DNA from: a virus
Taxonomy: Duplodnaviria > Caudoviricetes
IMG/VR virus record: IMGVR_UViG_3300031857_000014
Length of the DNA: 64,000 nucleotides
Strand: one strand, 5' to 3'
In this document: in pieces, positions 1 through 9,029 of the stretch
How the letters are laid out: every line of letters begins with the position of its first letter
How positions within the stretch are numbered: position 1 is the first letter of the stretch
Made by a program: the position numbers and the translations under genes
The notes under the pieces: model-generated
Told to the model about the DNA's origin: nothing
Seen by the model: only the letters and a program-made list of their open reading frames with translations
Databases searched by the model: none

Positions 1-672
1 AAAGGGGAAAATAACGGAAATATCGGGGGTAGAACGGATATTAACACAAGAATTGATAACACAGGAAGAAATATATACTCACCAAATAATCAATATTCAT
101 CAGTAAATACAAGGGCGTTATCTGATGGTGACGAACCAGGTAAGGGAGAAAATAACGGAAATATTGGTGGACAAACTGATATTCTAACAAGAATTGATAA
201 CACCGGTAGAAACATTTATAACTCTAACAATCAGTATTCAAGTATTAATACTCGAGCATTATCTGACGGTGATGAGCCAGGTAAAGGAGAGAACAATGGT
301 AGTATCGGAGGTCAAACCGACATATTGACTAGAATTGATAATACCGGAAGAAATATATATTCACCAAATAATCAATATTCTTCCATCAATACTCGTGCGT
401 TATCTGATGGTGACGAGCCAGGTAAAGGTGAGAACAATGGTAGTATTGGAGGACAAACTGATATTTTTACAAGAATTGATAATACTGGTAGAAATATTTA
501 TAACCCTAACAATCAATATTCATCAGTAAACACAAGGGCGTTATCTGATGGTGATGAACCAGGTAAAGGTGAGAACAATGGTAGTGTTGGTGGACAAACT
601 GATATTCTAACGAGAATCGATAATAGAGGTAGAAATTATTATGGAGAAACAAGACAATATCCTGACTTTTAA
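1..672 (+). CDS. 5'-truncated protein built of 47-aa tandem repeats (TRIDNTGRNIYSPNNQYSSINTRALSDGDEPGKGENNGSIGGQTDIL)
   Basis: Frame 1 is open from base 1 to TAA at 670-672. The ORF track only shows the part from 325. Confidence 0.85.
   Translation, partial: KGENNGNIGGRTDINTRIDNTGRNIYSPNNQYSSVNTRALSDGDEPGKGENNGNIGGQTDILTRIDNTGRNIYNSNNQYSSINTRALSDGDEPGKGENNGSIGGQTDILTRIDNTGRNIYSPNNQYSSINTRALSDGDEPGKGENNGSIGGQTDIFTRIDNTGRNIYNPNNQYSSVNTRALSDGDEPGKGENNGSVGGQTDILTRIDNRGRNYYGETRQYPDF
46..650 (+). repeat. 141-nt coding tandem repeat, about 4.5 units visible
   Basis: Units start at 46, 187, 328, 469 and 610. Differences are mostly synonymous. Confidence 0.95.
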
Positions 673-674
673 AA

Positions 675-1388
675 ATGAAAATTAATAATATTATTTTTGA
701 CATACTATTGGAACAACCAAGTTTTGATGCAAAATCAAAACCATTAGTGAATGCAATAAAAAATAGAAATCCGGTGACGTTTTATTATTCGGGACCAAGA
801 AACCCTAAAAAAGATAGTGTGGTTGCGGGTGGTAGATTTAGGGCTGAAATTGTTGCAATGGGTTTGAGTAAAAAAGGTAATTTAATTGTCAGGGCGTGGG
901 TCGAACCTCCATCAAGAACTAAAACAGGTTTTAATAAAGGAAATTGGAGAACATTTATTGTAAATAGAATGAGTAGTATTACTGTATTCGATGACAAGAC
1001 ATTTGATGTTAAAAGACCAGGATATAAAGAAGGTGACGATAAATCCATGACAGTAACATATGTCAAATCATCGTGGACTTCAACACCACCTGTCAAACCA
1101 AAAGAAACACCAAAACCAGTAGAACCTGTCAAACCAAAAGAAACACCAAAACAAACAAAACCGGAAGAACCGAAGAAAGATGAACCGGTAAAACCTGAAG
1201 AATTACCTCAACCAAAACCTGAAAAGAAACCTGAACCACCAAAAAAAGAGGTTGAACCAACTAAACCTGAACTTAAGGAACCAGAAAAAAAAGAGGAACC
1301 TAATTCTGAAGAAAACCCTGAAAAGGAAAAAAATAAATTACAAGAAGGAATAGTAAGATTTAAATCTTTAATTTCCTATAGTTTTTAA
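675..1388 (+). CDS. WYL-like domain protein with a Pro/Lys/Glu-rich C-terminal tail
   Basis: AIKNRNPVTFYY...R.EIVAMG...LIVRAW...WRTFIVNRMSSITV resembles a WYL fold and is followed by PKETPKP-type low complexity. Confidence 0.65.
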   Translation: MKINNIIFDILLEQPSFDAKSKPLVNAIKNRNPVTFYYSGPRNPKKDSVVAGGRFRAEIVAMGLSKKGNLIVRAWVEPPSRTKTGFNKGNWRTFIVNRMSSITVFDDKTFDVKRPGYKEGDDKSMTVTYVKSSWTSTPPVKPKETPKPVEPVKPKETPKQTKPEEPKKDEPVKPEELPQPKPEKKPEPPKKEVEPTKPELKEPEKKEEPNSEENPEKEKNKLQEGIVRFKSLISYSF

Positions 1389-1409
1389 TTATAATTAAAT
1401 AAAAATACT

Positions 1410-2003
1410 ATGTCAGGACAAGGAACAATATCGACTAATGATTTAATGATGAAATTAGTCCAAGCTAAAAAAGTAATGAATAAAGTTGACTCAGGAAATT
1501 TTGAAAGAGGTAATGTAAACGAAAGAATACTAACATCACCTCCAGAAGAAATTATGGAAATGCAATCACCATCAACAGTAACTAAACAAATACCAACACC
1601 AACTGTAGATAAAATACAAAATTCAAAATTACCTGATGCAATTAAAAAAGCGATGATTGAAAACCCAATTCCACAAATTTCTTTAAATGATAGTTTGGAC
1701 ATGAATTTTGTTAAAAATGCAAAAAGATTGATGGAACAAGAAGGTTTAACATCTAAAAAATCAGGGTCTTCAAATCAAGTAATCAAAACATATCTTTCAG
1801 AATCAAATACATCAGATATCGCGGAAAAATTAACACCAATTATTGAAAACATAATTAGGAAAACTTTAGATGAAATAGTTGACAGAAAACTAAATCAGAT
1901 TTTAACCGCACATCAAACCGCGTCTATCAATGAAAATCTTGTATTAAAAGTTGGTGATTCCGTGTTTAAAGGAAAAATAACAGGCGTAAATAAAGCTAAA
2001 TAA
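1410..2003 (+). CDS. hypothetical protein
   Basis: 197-aa ORF with an A-rich leader, co-oriented with neighbours. Confidence 0.8.
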   Translation: MSGQGTISTNDLMMKLVQAKKVMNKVDSGNFERGNVNERILTSPPEEIMEMQSPSTVTKQIPTPTVDKIQNSKLPDAIKKAMIENPIPQISLNDSLDMNFVKNAKRLMEQEGLTSKKSGSSNQVIKTYLSESNTSDIAEKLTPIIENIIRKTLDEIVDRKLNQILTAHQTASINENLVLKVGDSVFKGKITGVNKAK

Positions 2004-2010
2004 TTTCTTT

Positions 2011-2034
2011 TTTCAAAATTTTTGTTTATACTTT
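2011..2034 (+). promoter_or_regulatory. putative promoter TTTCAAA-N9-TATACTTT
   Basis: The same two-part motif recurs at 15680-15703(-), 30754-30778, 32976-33000 and 61923-61946. Confidence 0.55.
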
Positions 2035-2051
2035 AGACATATTCATTAGAT

Positions 2052-3278
2052 ATGTCAAAAATTAAAGTATTAGTAATCCCATCCGATACATTTGGTGTGG
2101 GTAAATTCAGAATCTTAGATCCATTTAAATACATTGGTGATAACTACTCAGATGAAATTCATGTTGATATAGCATTTAACACAGAAGATAATCATGATTT
2201 TTTTAAAAATTATGATATTGTTGTGTTTCATAGTTTTATACACAAATTACCTCACGAAGCGAATATCGCGAGAATTAATTGGTTAAAAAATCAAGGAATT
2301 AAAGTGATTATGGATATTGATGACCATTGGAAAGTTGATCAGAGACATCCAATGTATCATCAAATCCTTTTTAACAAAGTTAGTGAAAAGAAAGTTGAAT
2401 TGATGAGGTTATCGGATTATGTCACAACAACCACACCGGTTTTCGCAAACACAATAAAAACAAAGTTGGGTATAAAAAATGTGTTAGTTTTCCCGAATGC
2501 CGTTAACGATGAAGAACAACAATTTCAACCAAATAAAATTGAATCAGAAAAAATTAGATTTGGTTGGTTAGGTGGTTCATCTCACTTACACGATTTAGAA
2601 TTGTTAAGAAATGGTATCTCATCTGTTTATAGTGCTTACGGTGAAAAAATACAATTTGTTTTATGTGGGTTCGATACGAGAGGTTCGGTTAATGAAATAA
2701 ACAAAGAAACAAATCAAGTAACACAAAGACCAATTCAACCTATGGAAACTGTTTGGTACAAATACGAACAAATTTTCACAGATAATTACAATGTACTTGA
2801 TGAAGAATATAAAAATTATTTAATGACTTTTACAGAAGGTAATTATGTGGATAAAGATAAACCATACGTAAGAAGATGGACTAGAGAAGTTAGTAAATAC
2901 GCGAATAATTACAATTATTTTGACGTATCTTTAGCACCGATAGTTGATTCAGAATTTAACACTAATAAATCACAATTAAAAGTTATTGAAGCGGGATTTC
3001 ATAAAAAGGCATTAATTGCTAGTGAAATAAACCCGTACACTATAGATTTGATTTCAGGTGTTGATGATGGTAAATTTAATAGTAAGGGTAATGCGTTATT
3101 GGTTTCACCAAACAGAAACCATAAACAATGGACACAACACATGAAAAAATTATATGAAAATCCAAACATGATTGAAGATTTGGGTAATAGATTATATGAA
3201 ACAGTAAAAGACAAATATTCTTTACGTAAAGTTTGTAAAGATAGAGTTGAATTTATAAAATCAATTATTAATAAATAA
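2052..3278 (+). CDS. glycosyltransferase (GT-B/GT4-like)
   Basis: DIDDHW, VTTTTPVFA, PNAV, RFGWLGGSSHLHDL, FDVSLAPI, NKSQLKVIEAG...LIAS. Confidence 0.85.
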   Translation: MSKIKVLVIPSDTFGVGKFRILDPFKYIGDNYSDEIHVDIAFNTEDNHDFFKNYDIVVFHSFIHKLPHEANIARINWLKNQGIKVIMDIDDHWKVDQRHPMYHQILFNKVSEKKVELMRLSDYVTTTTPVFANTIKTKLGIKNVLVFPNAVNDEEQQFQPNKIESEKIRFGWLGGSSHLHDLELLRNGISSVYSAYGEKIQFVLCGFDTRGSVNEINKETNQVTQRPIQPMETVWYKYEQIFTDNYNVLDEEYKNYLMTFTEGNYVDKDKPYVRRWTREVSKYANNYNYFDVSLAPIVDSEFNTNKSQLKVIEAGFHKKALIASEINPYTIDLISGVDDGKFNSKGNALLVSPNRNHKQWTQHMKKLYENPNMIEDLGNRLYETVKDKYSLRKVCKDRVEFIKSIINK

Positions 3279-3290
3279 AAACAAAAAAAC

Positions 3291-3521
3291 ATGCATTATT
3301 TAGTAACTATCGGTTATGAAACCGAACAAATGGACAGAAACGGAAATCCTCGTTTACAAAAATTAAAGTACATCGTTGAAGCTGAAAGTGTTGAAGAAGC
3401 AACAATTGTTGCATCAAAATACAGAGCGGGAGACGTAAGGTCAAGTGAAAGTATTTCAATTGTTAAAATGCCAATTGAATGTATCATTGATAAAAAAAAC
3501 ACTCCGGAATATTATAAATAA
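3291..3521 (+). CDS. hypothetical protein
   Basis: 76-aa ORF, operon-like spacing. Confidence 0.75.
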   Translation: MHYLVTIGYETEQMDRNGNPRLQKLKYIVEAESVEEATIVASKYRAGDVRSSESISIVKMPIECIIDKKNTPEYYK

Positions 3522-3535
3522 TAAAAAGAAACACG

Positions 3536-3772
3536 ATGCAATTCCATAGTAGAGACATTCAAATTTTACGTCAGTCACAAAGTAAAATGGTTTTAGAGTA
3601 TCTTAATTCACTTAATGTTCAAGTAACTGTAGAAGAACTACAAAGAATTACCGACATTTTTGTTGAATGCTGTTTAAGACCATCAGACGATGATTTAAAA
3701 AAAAGAATCAAATCTTTAGATAAATGGATTAATGAAAAAATAGAAGAAAAAAAATCTATACCAAATGGATAA
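3536..3772 (+). CDS. hypothetical protein
   Basis: 78-aa ORF overlapping the dUTPase start. Confidence 0.75.
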   Translation: MQFHSRDIQILRQSQSKMVLEYLNSLNVQVTVEELQRITDIFVECCLRPSDDDLKKRIKSLDKWINEKIEEKKSIPNG

Positions 3773-4382
3773 GGAAAAAATTGACGATTATATCGAAAGA
3801 TTAAAAAAATTTGACTCAACTATGAGTGGTGATGATGAAAATTTTGACCCAACACTCATAAATGAATTGAATAATTTATTAAATGTACTTAATGATGATA
3901 TTGTAAAAACACAATCTCAACAAATCGATAAAACTGATTATGAAATGGATTTTTCACCATTAAGTGTAAAGATTAAAAAATTAAGGGAAAACGCTGTTAT
4001 TCCAAAATATTCTAAAGATGGTGACGCTGGTTTAGATTTAACTGTAACACATATTATTTCAGAAACCATGACCGATATTACATATGGTTTTGGAATTGCG
4101 CTTGAGATTCCAAAAGGATATGTAGGGTTAGTATTTCCAAGATCATCAATAAGAAAATATGACATGTTGTTAACGAACGCAGTTGGTGTTATAGATAGTG
4201 GATATAGAGGAGAAATACAAGCAACGTTCAAAAAGACTGAAGGTACTTTTAATTATTATGGTGCAAATGAGAGAGCTGCACAAATTATCGTTTTACCTTA
4301 CCCTAAAGTACAATTTATTGAATCTGACGAATTGTCAGATACAGAAAGAAATACTGGTGGATTTGGATCAACAGGTAATTAA
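3765..4382 (+). CDS. dut: trimeric dUTPase with an acidic N-terminal extension
   Basis: Motifs AGLDL, PRSS, GVIDSGYRGEI, ERAAQ and RNTGGFGSTG. Confidence 0.95.
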   Translation: MDKEKIDDYIERLKKFDSTMSGDDENFDPTLINELNNLLNVLNDDIVKTQSQQIDKTDYEMDFSPLSVKIKKLRENAVIPKYSKDGDAGLDLTVTHIISETMTDITYGFGIALEIPKGYVGLVFPRSSIRKYDMLLTNAVGVIDSGYRGEIQATFKKTEGTFNYYGANERAAQIIVLPYPKVQFIESDELSDTERNTGGFGSTGN

Positions 4383-4423
4383 AGATATTTATTAGAATAA
4401 TAAATGTTGTTAAATTTTAAATT

Positions 4424-5185
4424 TTGTTAAAAAGAAAACCAAAAACATCTGAACCTAAAAAAGGTAGACCCACAGTAGAAAAAAAAGCACCTATAACATT
4501 CGAAGAAAAAAAGATAAATAACAAACAAAGAATTCGTGAGGTCATAAAAAAACCAAAAGAAAAGTTCTTAACTAAATCTCAAGAAGAGTATTGGAACATT
4601 TTGGGTGATAATCAAATTACTTTATGTTTTGGACCTGCGGGTGTTGGTAAATCATACATTGCAATGAAAAAAGCGGTTGATTTACTTTGGGACGATAGTA
4701 ATAAGTACGAGAAAATTATTATTGTTAGACCGGCGGTTGAAGCTGAGGAAAAACTTGGTAGTTTACCAGGAGGTTTGGAAGAAAAACTAGACCCATACAT
4801 TTATCCTTCATATTATCTACTTAATAAAATAATTGGTAAAGAAGCCAGAGAAACTTTGAAAGATGAAGGGTTTATTGAAGTGGCTGCGTTGGCGTATATG
4901 CGTGGATGGAACGTTGATAATACGATATTAGTTTTTGAAGAAGCACAAAACGCAACTCCACAACAAATAAAGTTATTATTAACAAGAATAGGGTTTAATT
5001 CTAAATTTTTTATATCAGGTGATTTAGAACAATCAGATAAATACAAAGACAAAACAAAGTCTGGTTTATACGACGCTAAGAAAAGATTACACGGGTCACA
5101 CGATATTGGTATATTTGAATTTGGTAATGAAGACATTGTTAGAAATCCATTAATAAGTCATATCTTAAAAAGATATGAAGATTAA
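4424..5185 (+). CDS. phoH: PhoH-family ATPase
   Basis: GPAGVGKS, RPAVEAEEKLGSLPG, AYMRG, EEAQN, GDLEQSD, VRNPL. TTG start is uncertain. Confidence 0.95.
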   Translation: MLKRKPKTSEPKKGRPTVEKKAPITFEEKKINNKQRIREVIKKPKEKFLTKSQEEYWNILGDNQITLCFGPAGVGKSYIAMKKAVDLLWDDSNKYEKIIIVRPAVEAEEKLGSLPGGLEEKLDPYIYPSYYLLNKIIGKEARETLKDEGFIEVAALAYMRGWNVDNTILVFEEAQNATPQQIKLLLTRIGFNSKFFISGDLEQSDKYKDKTKSGLYDAKKRLHGSHDIGIFEFGNEDIVRNPLISHILKRYED

Positions 5186-5222
5186 GGTTTACTTATAATC
5201 AATCTAATAGTATATTTCTTTT

Positions 5223-5870
5223 ATGGAAATATTCGTTAGTATTGATGGTGTTTTAAGAAACACAATTCAAAAATTTGATTATCATTACAAAGACAGTTTT
5301 TTTGATTCTGAATTTGAGAGTGAAAATAATTTTGAATATGGAATAATAGAACCAATTCAAAATAATAATTTATTAGATTCATATAAATTTCAGTCAAAAG
5401 AAGAATTTGACTATTTTTTATTTATTGAATATCCAATAGAAATTTTTGGTCACGCCGGACTAAGTTACTCAACTGCCATTTCAGATTTAAATAATCTAAT
5501 ACATAATAATCCTGAACATAATTTTACTGTTGTTGGTTTAGATCAATTCGGAAAATCTAAACCGGCAACACTATTCTTTTTATCTAAAAATGGATTTTTA
5601 GGGAATGATATAAAGTTTATCAAATCAAATGAAATAAATAACATTTGGGAAAAATGTGATTTTTGGATTACCGATGATAAAAGAATTATTGATTCCTGTC
5701 CAAATGAAAAGTCAGTAATAAAATTTAATACAATTTATAATCAATTCTTTACTAATAAAAAAGAAATAACTAAATTATCAGAAATACAAGAACCATGGAA
5801 CTGTTTGGAAAAAACTACTACATTGACATTGACGGAATCACAGACAAATGCAGAACAACACAATCAGTAA
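5223..5870 (+). CDS. HAD-superfamily 5'-nucleotidase-like protein with degenerate motif I
   Basis: VSIDGVLRN at the N-terminus (SxD instead of DxD), a K-containing motif and WITDD. Confidence 0.55.
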   Translation: MEIFVSIDGVLRNTIQKFDYHYKDSFFDSEFESENNFEYGIIEPIQNNNLLDSYKFQSKEEFDYFLFIEYPIEIFGHAGLSYSTAISDLNNLIHNNPEHNFTVVGLDQFGKSKPATLFFLSKNGFLGNDIKFIKSNEINNIWEKCDFWITDDKRIIDSCPNEKSVIKFNTIYNQFFTNKKEITKLSEIQEPWNCLEKTTTLTLTESQTNAEQHNQ

Positions 5871-6097
5871 AAAACGATGACGATACTGATGAAACCGAAA
5901 ATTCTGAAGGGTCAATTGAAATAAACATTTTTAAGTACGAAATGATTAAAATGTGTATTGAAAGAGTTTTATCAGAGTACGAAGAAGATGATGAATCAAT
6001 GGGAGTTTTTGGAAAAGAAAAAACACCAATGTCATTTAAAATTGCGTTTAATACATTAATAAAATACGGAATAATAATCGAAGAAGAAGATGAATAA
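5795..6097 (+). CDS. acidic hypothetical protein
   Basis: 100-aa ORF overlapping the upstream gene by 76 nt and the downstream gene by 8 nt. Confidence 0.7.
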   Translation: MELFGKNYYIDIDGITDKCRTTQSVKNDDDTDETENSEGSIEINIFKYEMIKMCIERVLSEYEEDDESMGVFGKEKTPMSFKIAFNTLIKYGIIIEEEDE

Positions 6098-7154
6098 TCA
6101 AGAAAATTTAGAAAGACTAGAGTCTGCGATTGGTAGACTAGAAAACAAACAAAGTGTCATTTATTTTTTAACTTATGACACAAAAAATAATCCAAGAGCT
6201 GCGGTAAAACATATCTATGATATTGCGCTGACTCTTAAAAGAAATGGGTATAACTCTAAAATTTTAGTTGAAGATAGTAGTTATACCGGAGTAAAAGGAT
6301 GGTTAGGAGACACATATGATGAATTAAGTGTTGTATCAATTAAAACTGACAAAATTGAAATTAATGTTGATGACATTATGGTAGTACCTGAATTTTATTC
6401 GAATGTACTACAACAATTGGCAAACATTAGATGTACTAAAATTATGTTGATACAACAAAAAGAGTACATTTTTGAAACATTACCTATGGGTAGTAGATGG
6501 TCAGATTATGGATTTGATAGAGCTATTGTAACAACAGAAAAATTAAAAAAATACGTTCAAGAAATCTTTCCTGAAATGTTAACTTTTATTATCCCACCAA
6601 TTATTGGAGATAATTTTAGTCCTTCAGAAAAACCAGTCAAACCGTTTGTTTCAATTCATTGTAGAAATAGATCAGTACAAAAGAAAATTATCTCAGAATT
6701 TTATTTGAAATTTCCTCAATTACGTTGGATTACTTTTAGAGACATGGTACAAATGACATATGAAGATTTTTCAAATGGACTTAAAGAATCTATGGTTTCT
6801 TTATGGTTAGATGATGAATCTACTTTTGGAACATTTCCATTGGAATCTATGAAATGTGGTGTTCCTGTTGTTGGTAAAATACCAGATACTGAACCTGATT
6901 GGTTATCAGAAAATGGAATGTGGACATATGACGAATCTAAACTTGTTGAAATTTTAGGGACATATATTTTGGCTTGGTTAGAGGGTGTTGAACTTAATAT
7001 GGAAGTAAAAGATAAAATGAAAGAAACTCTTTTACCATATATGACATCAGTAACAGAAAATAACATAGAAAGAGTATTTAATAGTTTTGTTTCACAAAGA
7101 CTAATCTCGCTTAAACAAGCATCAGAAAAATTAAAAGAAGAACAAAAAATATGA
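6090..7154 (+). CDS. glycosyltransferase (GT-B-like)
   Basis: DESTFGTFPLESMKCGVPVVG matches the E-x-FG-x-x-x-LEAM-x-x-G-x-P-V-V GT4 signature. Confidence 0.8.
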   Translation: MNNQENLERLESAIGRLENKQSVIYFLTYDTKNNPRAAVKHIYDIALTLKRNGYNSKILVEDSSYTGVKGWLGDTYDELSVVSIKTDKIEINVDDIMVVPEFYSNVLQQLANIRCTKIMLIQQKEYIFETLPMGSRWSDYGFDRAIVTTEKLKKYVQEIFPEMLTFIIPPIIGDNFSPSEKPVKPFVSIHCRNRSVQKKIISEFYLKFPQLRWITFRDMVQMTYEDFSNGLKESMVSLWLDDESTFGTFPLESMKCGVPVVGKIPDTEPDWLSENGMWTYDESKLVEILGTYILAWLEGVELNMEVKDKMKETLLPYMTSVTENNIERVFNSFVSQRLISLKQASEKLKEEQKI

Positions 7155-7936
7155 AAGAAATGAATATTACAATTTTATTGCCAGTACATAAAATAGACGG
7201 TGATTATAAAGAAATGTTGGATAACGCTGTTAAATCAGTTGAACAATTTTATAACGATGTTAATTTAATGGTTATTTGTCCGGAATCAATTAGTAAAGAT
7301 TTGGATAATTTATCTGATAAATTAAATATTGAAGTAATACCAAATAAAGGTAAAACAGATTTCTGTTCTCAAATAAATTTGGGTATTGAAAATGTTAAAA
7401 CAAGTTGGTTTAGTATTTTAGAAATCGATGATGAATTTAGTTCAAATTGGTTAAAATCAATGACTGAATATGTTGTTGGTTTTCCTGAAGTTGACGTACT
7501 ATTACCAATCGTAAAAGATATTAATACAGAAGGTAAATTTTTAAGTTTTACTAATGAATCCGTGTGGGCGTATGGATTTTGTGAAACCCAAGGATTTTTA
7601 GATAATGAAACATTAATCGAATTTCAAAATTATCAAACTAGCGGAGGTTTATATAAAACCAGTGTAGTAAAAGAAAATGGAAAATTTAAAGAAAATATTA
7701 AACTAACATTCATTTATGAATTTTTATTAAGACTTACACATAATGGTACAAAAATTATGACAGTACCAAAAATTGGATATCAACACGTTAATTTCAGAGA
7801 AGATTCTTTGTTTTGGAATTATAAAGAAGATGAAAATAGTAAAATGGACGAATCAGAAATTAAATTTTGGGTAGATACCGCAAAAAAAGAATTTTTCTTT
7901 AAAAATAAACGAGATGTAACATATTCCCAAAATTAA
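7151..7936 (+). CDS. glycosyltransferase (GT-A/GT2-like)
   Basis: ITILLPVH, AVKSV, INLGIENVKTSWFSILEIDDE (DxD-like), YEFLLRL. Confidence 0.8.
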   Translation: MKEMNITILLPVHKIDGDYKEMLDNAVKSVEQFYNDVNLMVICPESISKDLDNLSDKLNIEVIPNKGKTDFCSQINLGIENVKTSWFSILEIDDEFSSNWLKSMTEYVVGFPEVDVLLPIVKDINTEGKFLSFTNESVWAYGFCETQGFLDNETLIEFQNYQTSGGLYKTSVVKENGKFKENIKLTFIYEFLLRLTHNGTKIMTVPKIGYQHVNFREDSLFWNYKEDENSKMDESEIKFWVDTAKKEFFFKNKRDVTYSQN

Positions 7937-8634
7937 TGCCAAGAAAGAGAACCCAAAAAATTTATTTTGGGGAGGCTCAAGAAGAAGCGGTAATAAGATA
8001 TCTACAATCTGAATCCGAGAACGAAAAGAATAAGATATTCAATGAATATTTAAGAGAACCCCTTAAAATAATGGTGGAAAGTATTATCCGCCGTTATAAA
8101 TTATACAGAAAAGATTTTGAGTACGAAGATGTGCATACTGATACTATGTCATTTTTGATAACCAAAATCAATAAGTTTGACCATACAAAAAACCATAAAG
8201 CATACTCTTACTTTGGTACAATATGTAAGAATTATCTTATGGGGGCGATTCAGAAAGATACAAAAGAAACAAATAGAAGTGTTTCATACGATGACATCTC
8301 ATCAGATTTAGAAGATAGACCCGATTTATCATACACTATTGAAGAAGATGTTTTAGATTATCGAGATGTGATAATCAAATTAAGTATCGAACTTGAAGAT
8401 TTTATAGAAAAGAAAGATTTATCAGACAATGAAAAGAAATTAGGTTATGCACTATTAGAAATCTTTAACAATTTTGAAAAAATATTTCAAAATGGTGAAG
8501 GTAATAAATTCAATAAAAACCTAATACTACTCTCACTAAGAGAAATGACTTCTCTATCAACAAAAGAAATCAGAGTTTCACTTAAAAAATACAAAAAACT
8601 ATACGAGGGTATATTAGGTAGATTTTTAGATTAA
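7936..8634 (+). CDS. phage sigma factor, T4 gp55-like (putative late sigma)
   Basis: KINKFDHTKNHKAYSYFGTICKNYL resembles the region-2 FDP..S.NPFAYFTQI motif of gp55-like sigmas. Confidence 0.65.
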   Translation: MPRKRTQKIYFGEAQEEAVIRYLQSESENEKNKIFNEYLREPLKIMVESIIRRYKLYRKDFEYEDVHTDTMSFLITKINKFDHTKNHKAYSYFGTICKNYLMGAIQKDTKETNRSVSYDDISSDLEDRPDLSYTIEEDVLDYRDVIIKLSIELEDFIEKKDLSDNEKKLGYALLEIFNNFEKIFQNGEGNKFNKNLILLSLREMTSLSTKEIRVSLKKYKKLYEGILGRFLD

Positions 8635-8648
8635 ATCTATTTATAGAT

Positions 8649-9029
8649 ATGAAAGATAAAAGAAACATAATCTCCTTAGATGTGGATTCCGCATTGGCTT
8701 TAATGCAAGAAATCTATAATGACATTGTTGAACAAAAAAACACAGCGTCTTTAATTACTAAAAAAATGTTGACTTTTATGAAAGACGCTGAGGATATGAG
8801 TGTCATTGGTCCGGTCATTAAAGAACAACAAAAAATTCTTAACGATTGTACTGAGAAAAAGATATCATTAGTGAAATTACAAGGAGCATTACTCAAGCAA
8901 ACTAGCGGAGGAGGTAAAGGAGCACCTATGGGTAAATTAAGTTTGTCTGATGAAGATAGAGAATTACTTGATAAATTAGTTAATGACGGTAATGATAACC
9001 AAGGTAGGTCAGAAAATTATTCGTTATAA
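8649..9029 (+). CDS. hypothetical helical protein
   Basis: 126-aa ORF; TATTTAT lies 4 nt upstream of the ATG. Confidence 0.8.
   Translation: MKDKRNIISLDVDSALALMQEIYNDIVEQKNTASLITKKMLTFMKDAEDMSVIGPVIKEQQKILNDCTEKKISLVKLQGALLKQTSGGGKGAPMGKLSLSDEDRELLDKLVNDGNDNQGRSENYSL

Noticed and set aside
1-650. Regular repeats as a CRISPR array
   Set aside because: Units are contiguous 141-nt in-frame coding repeats with no unique spacers.
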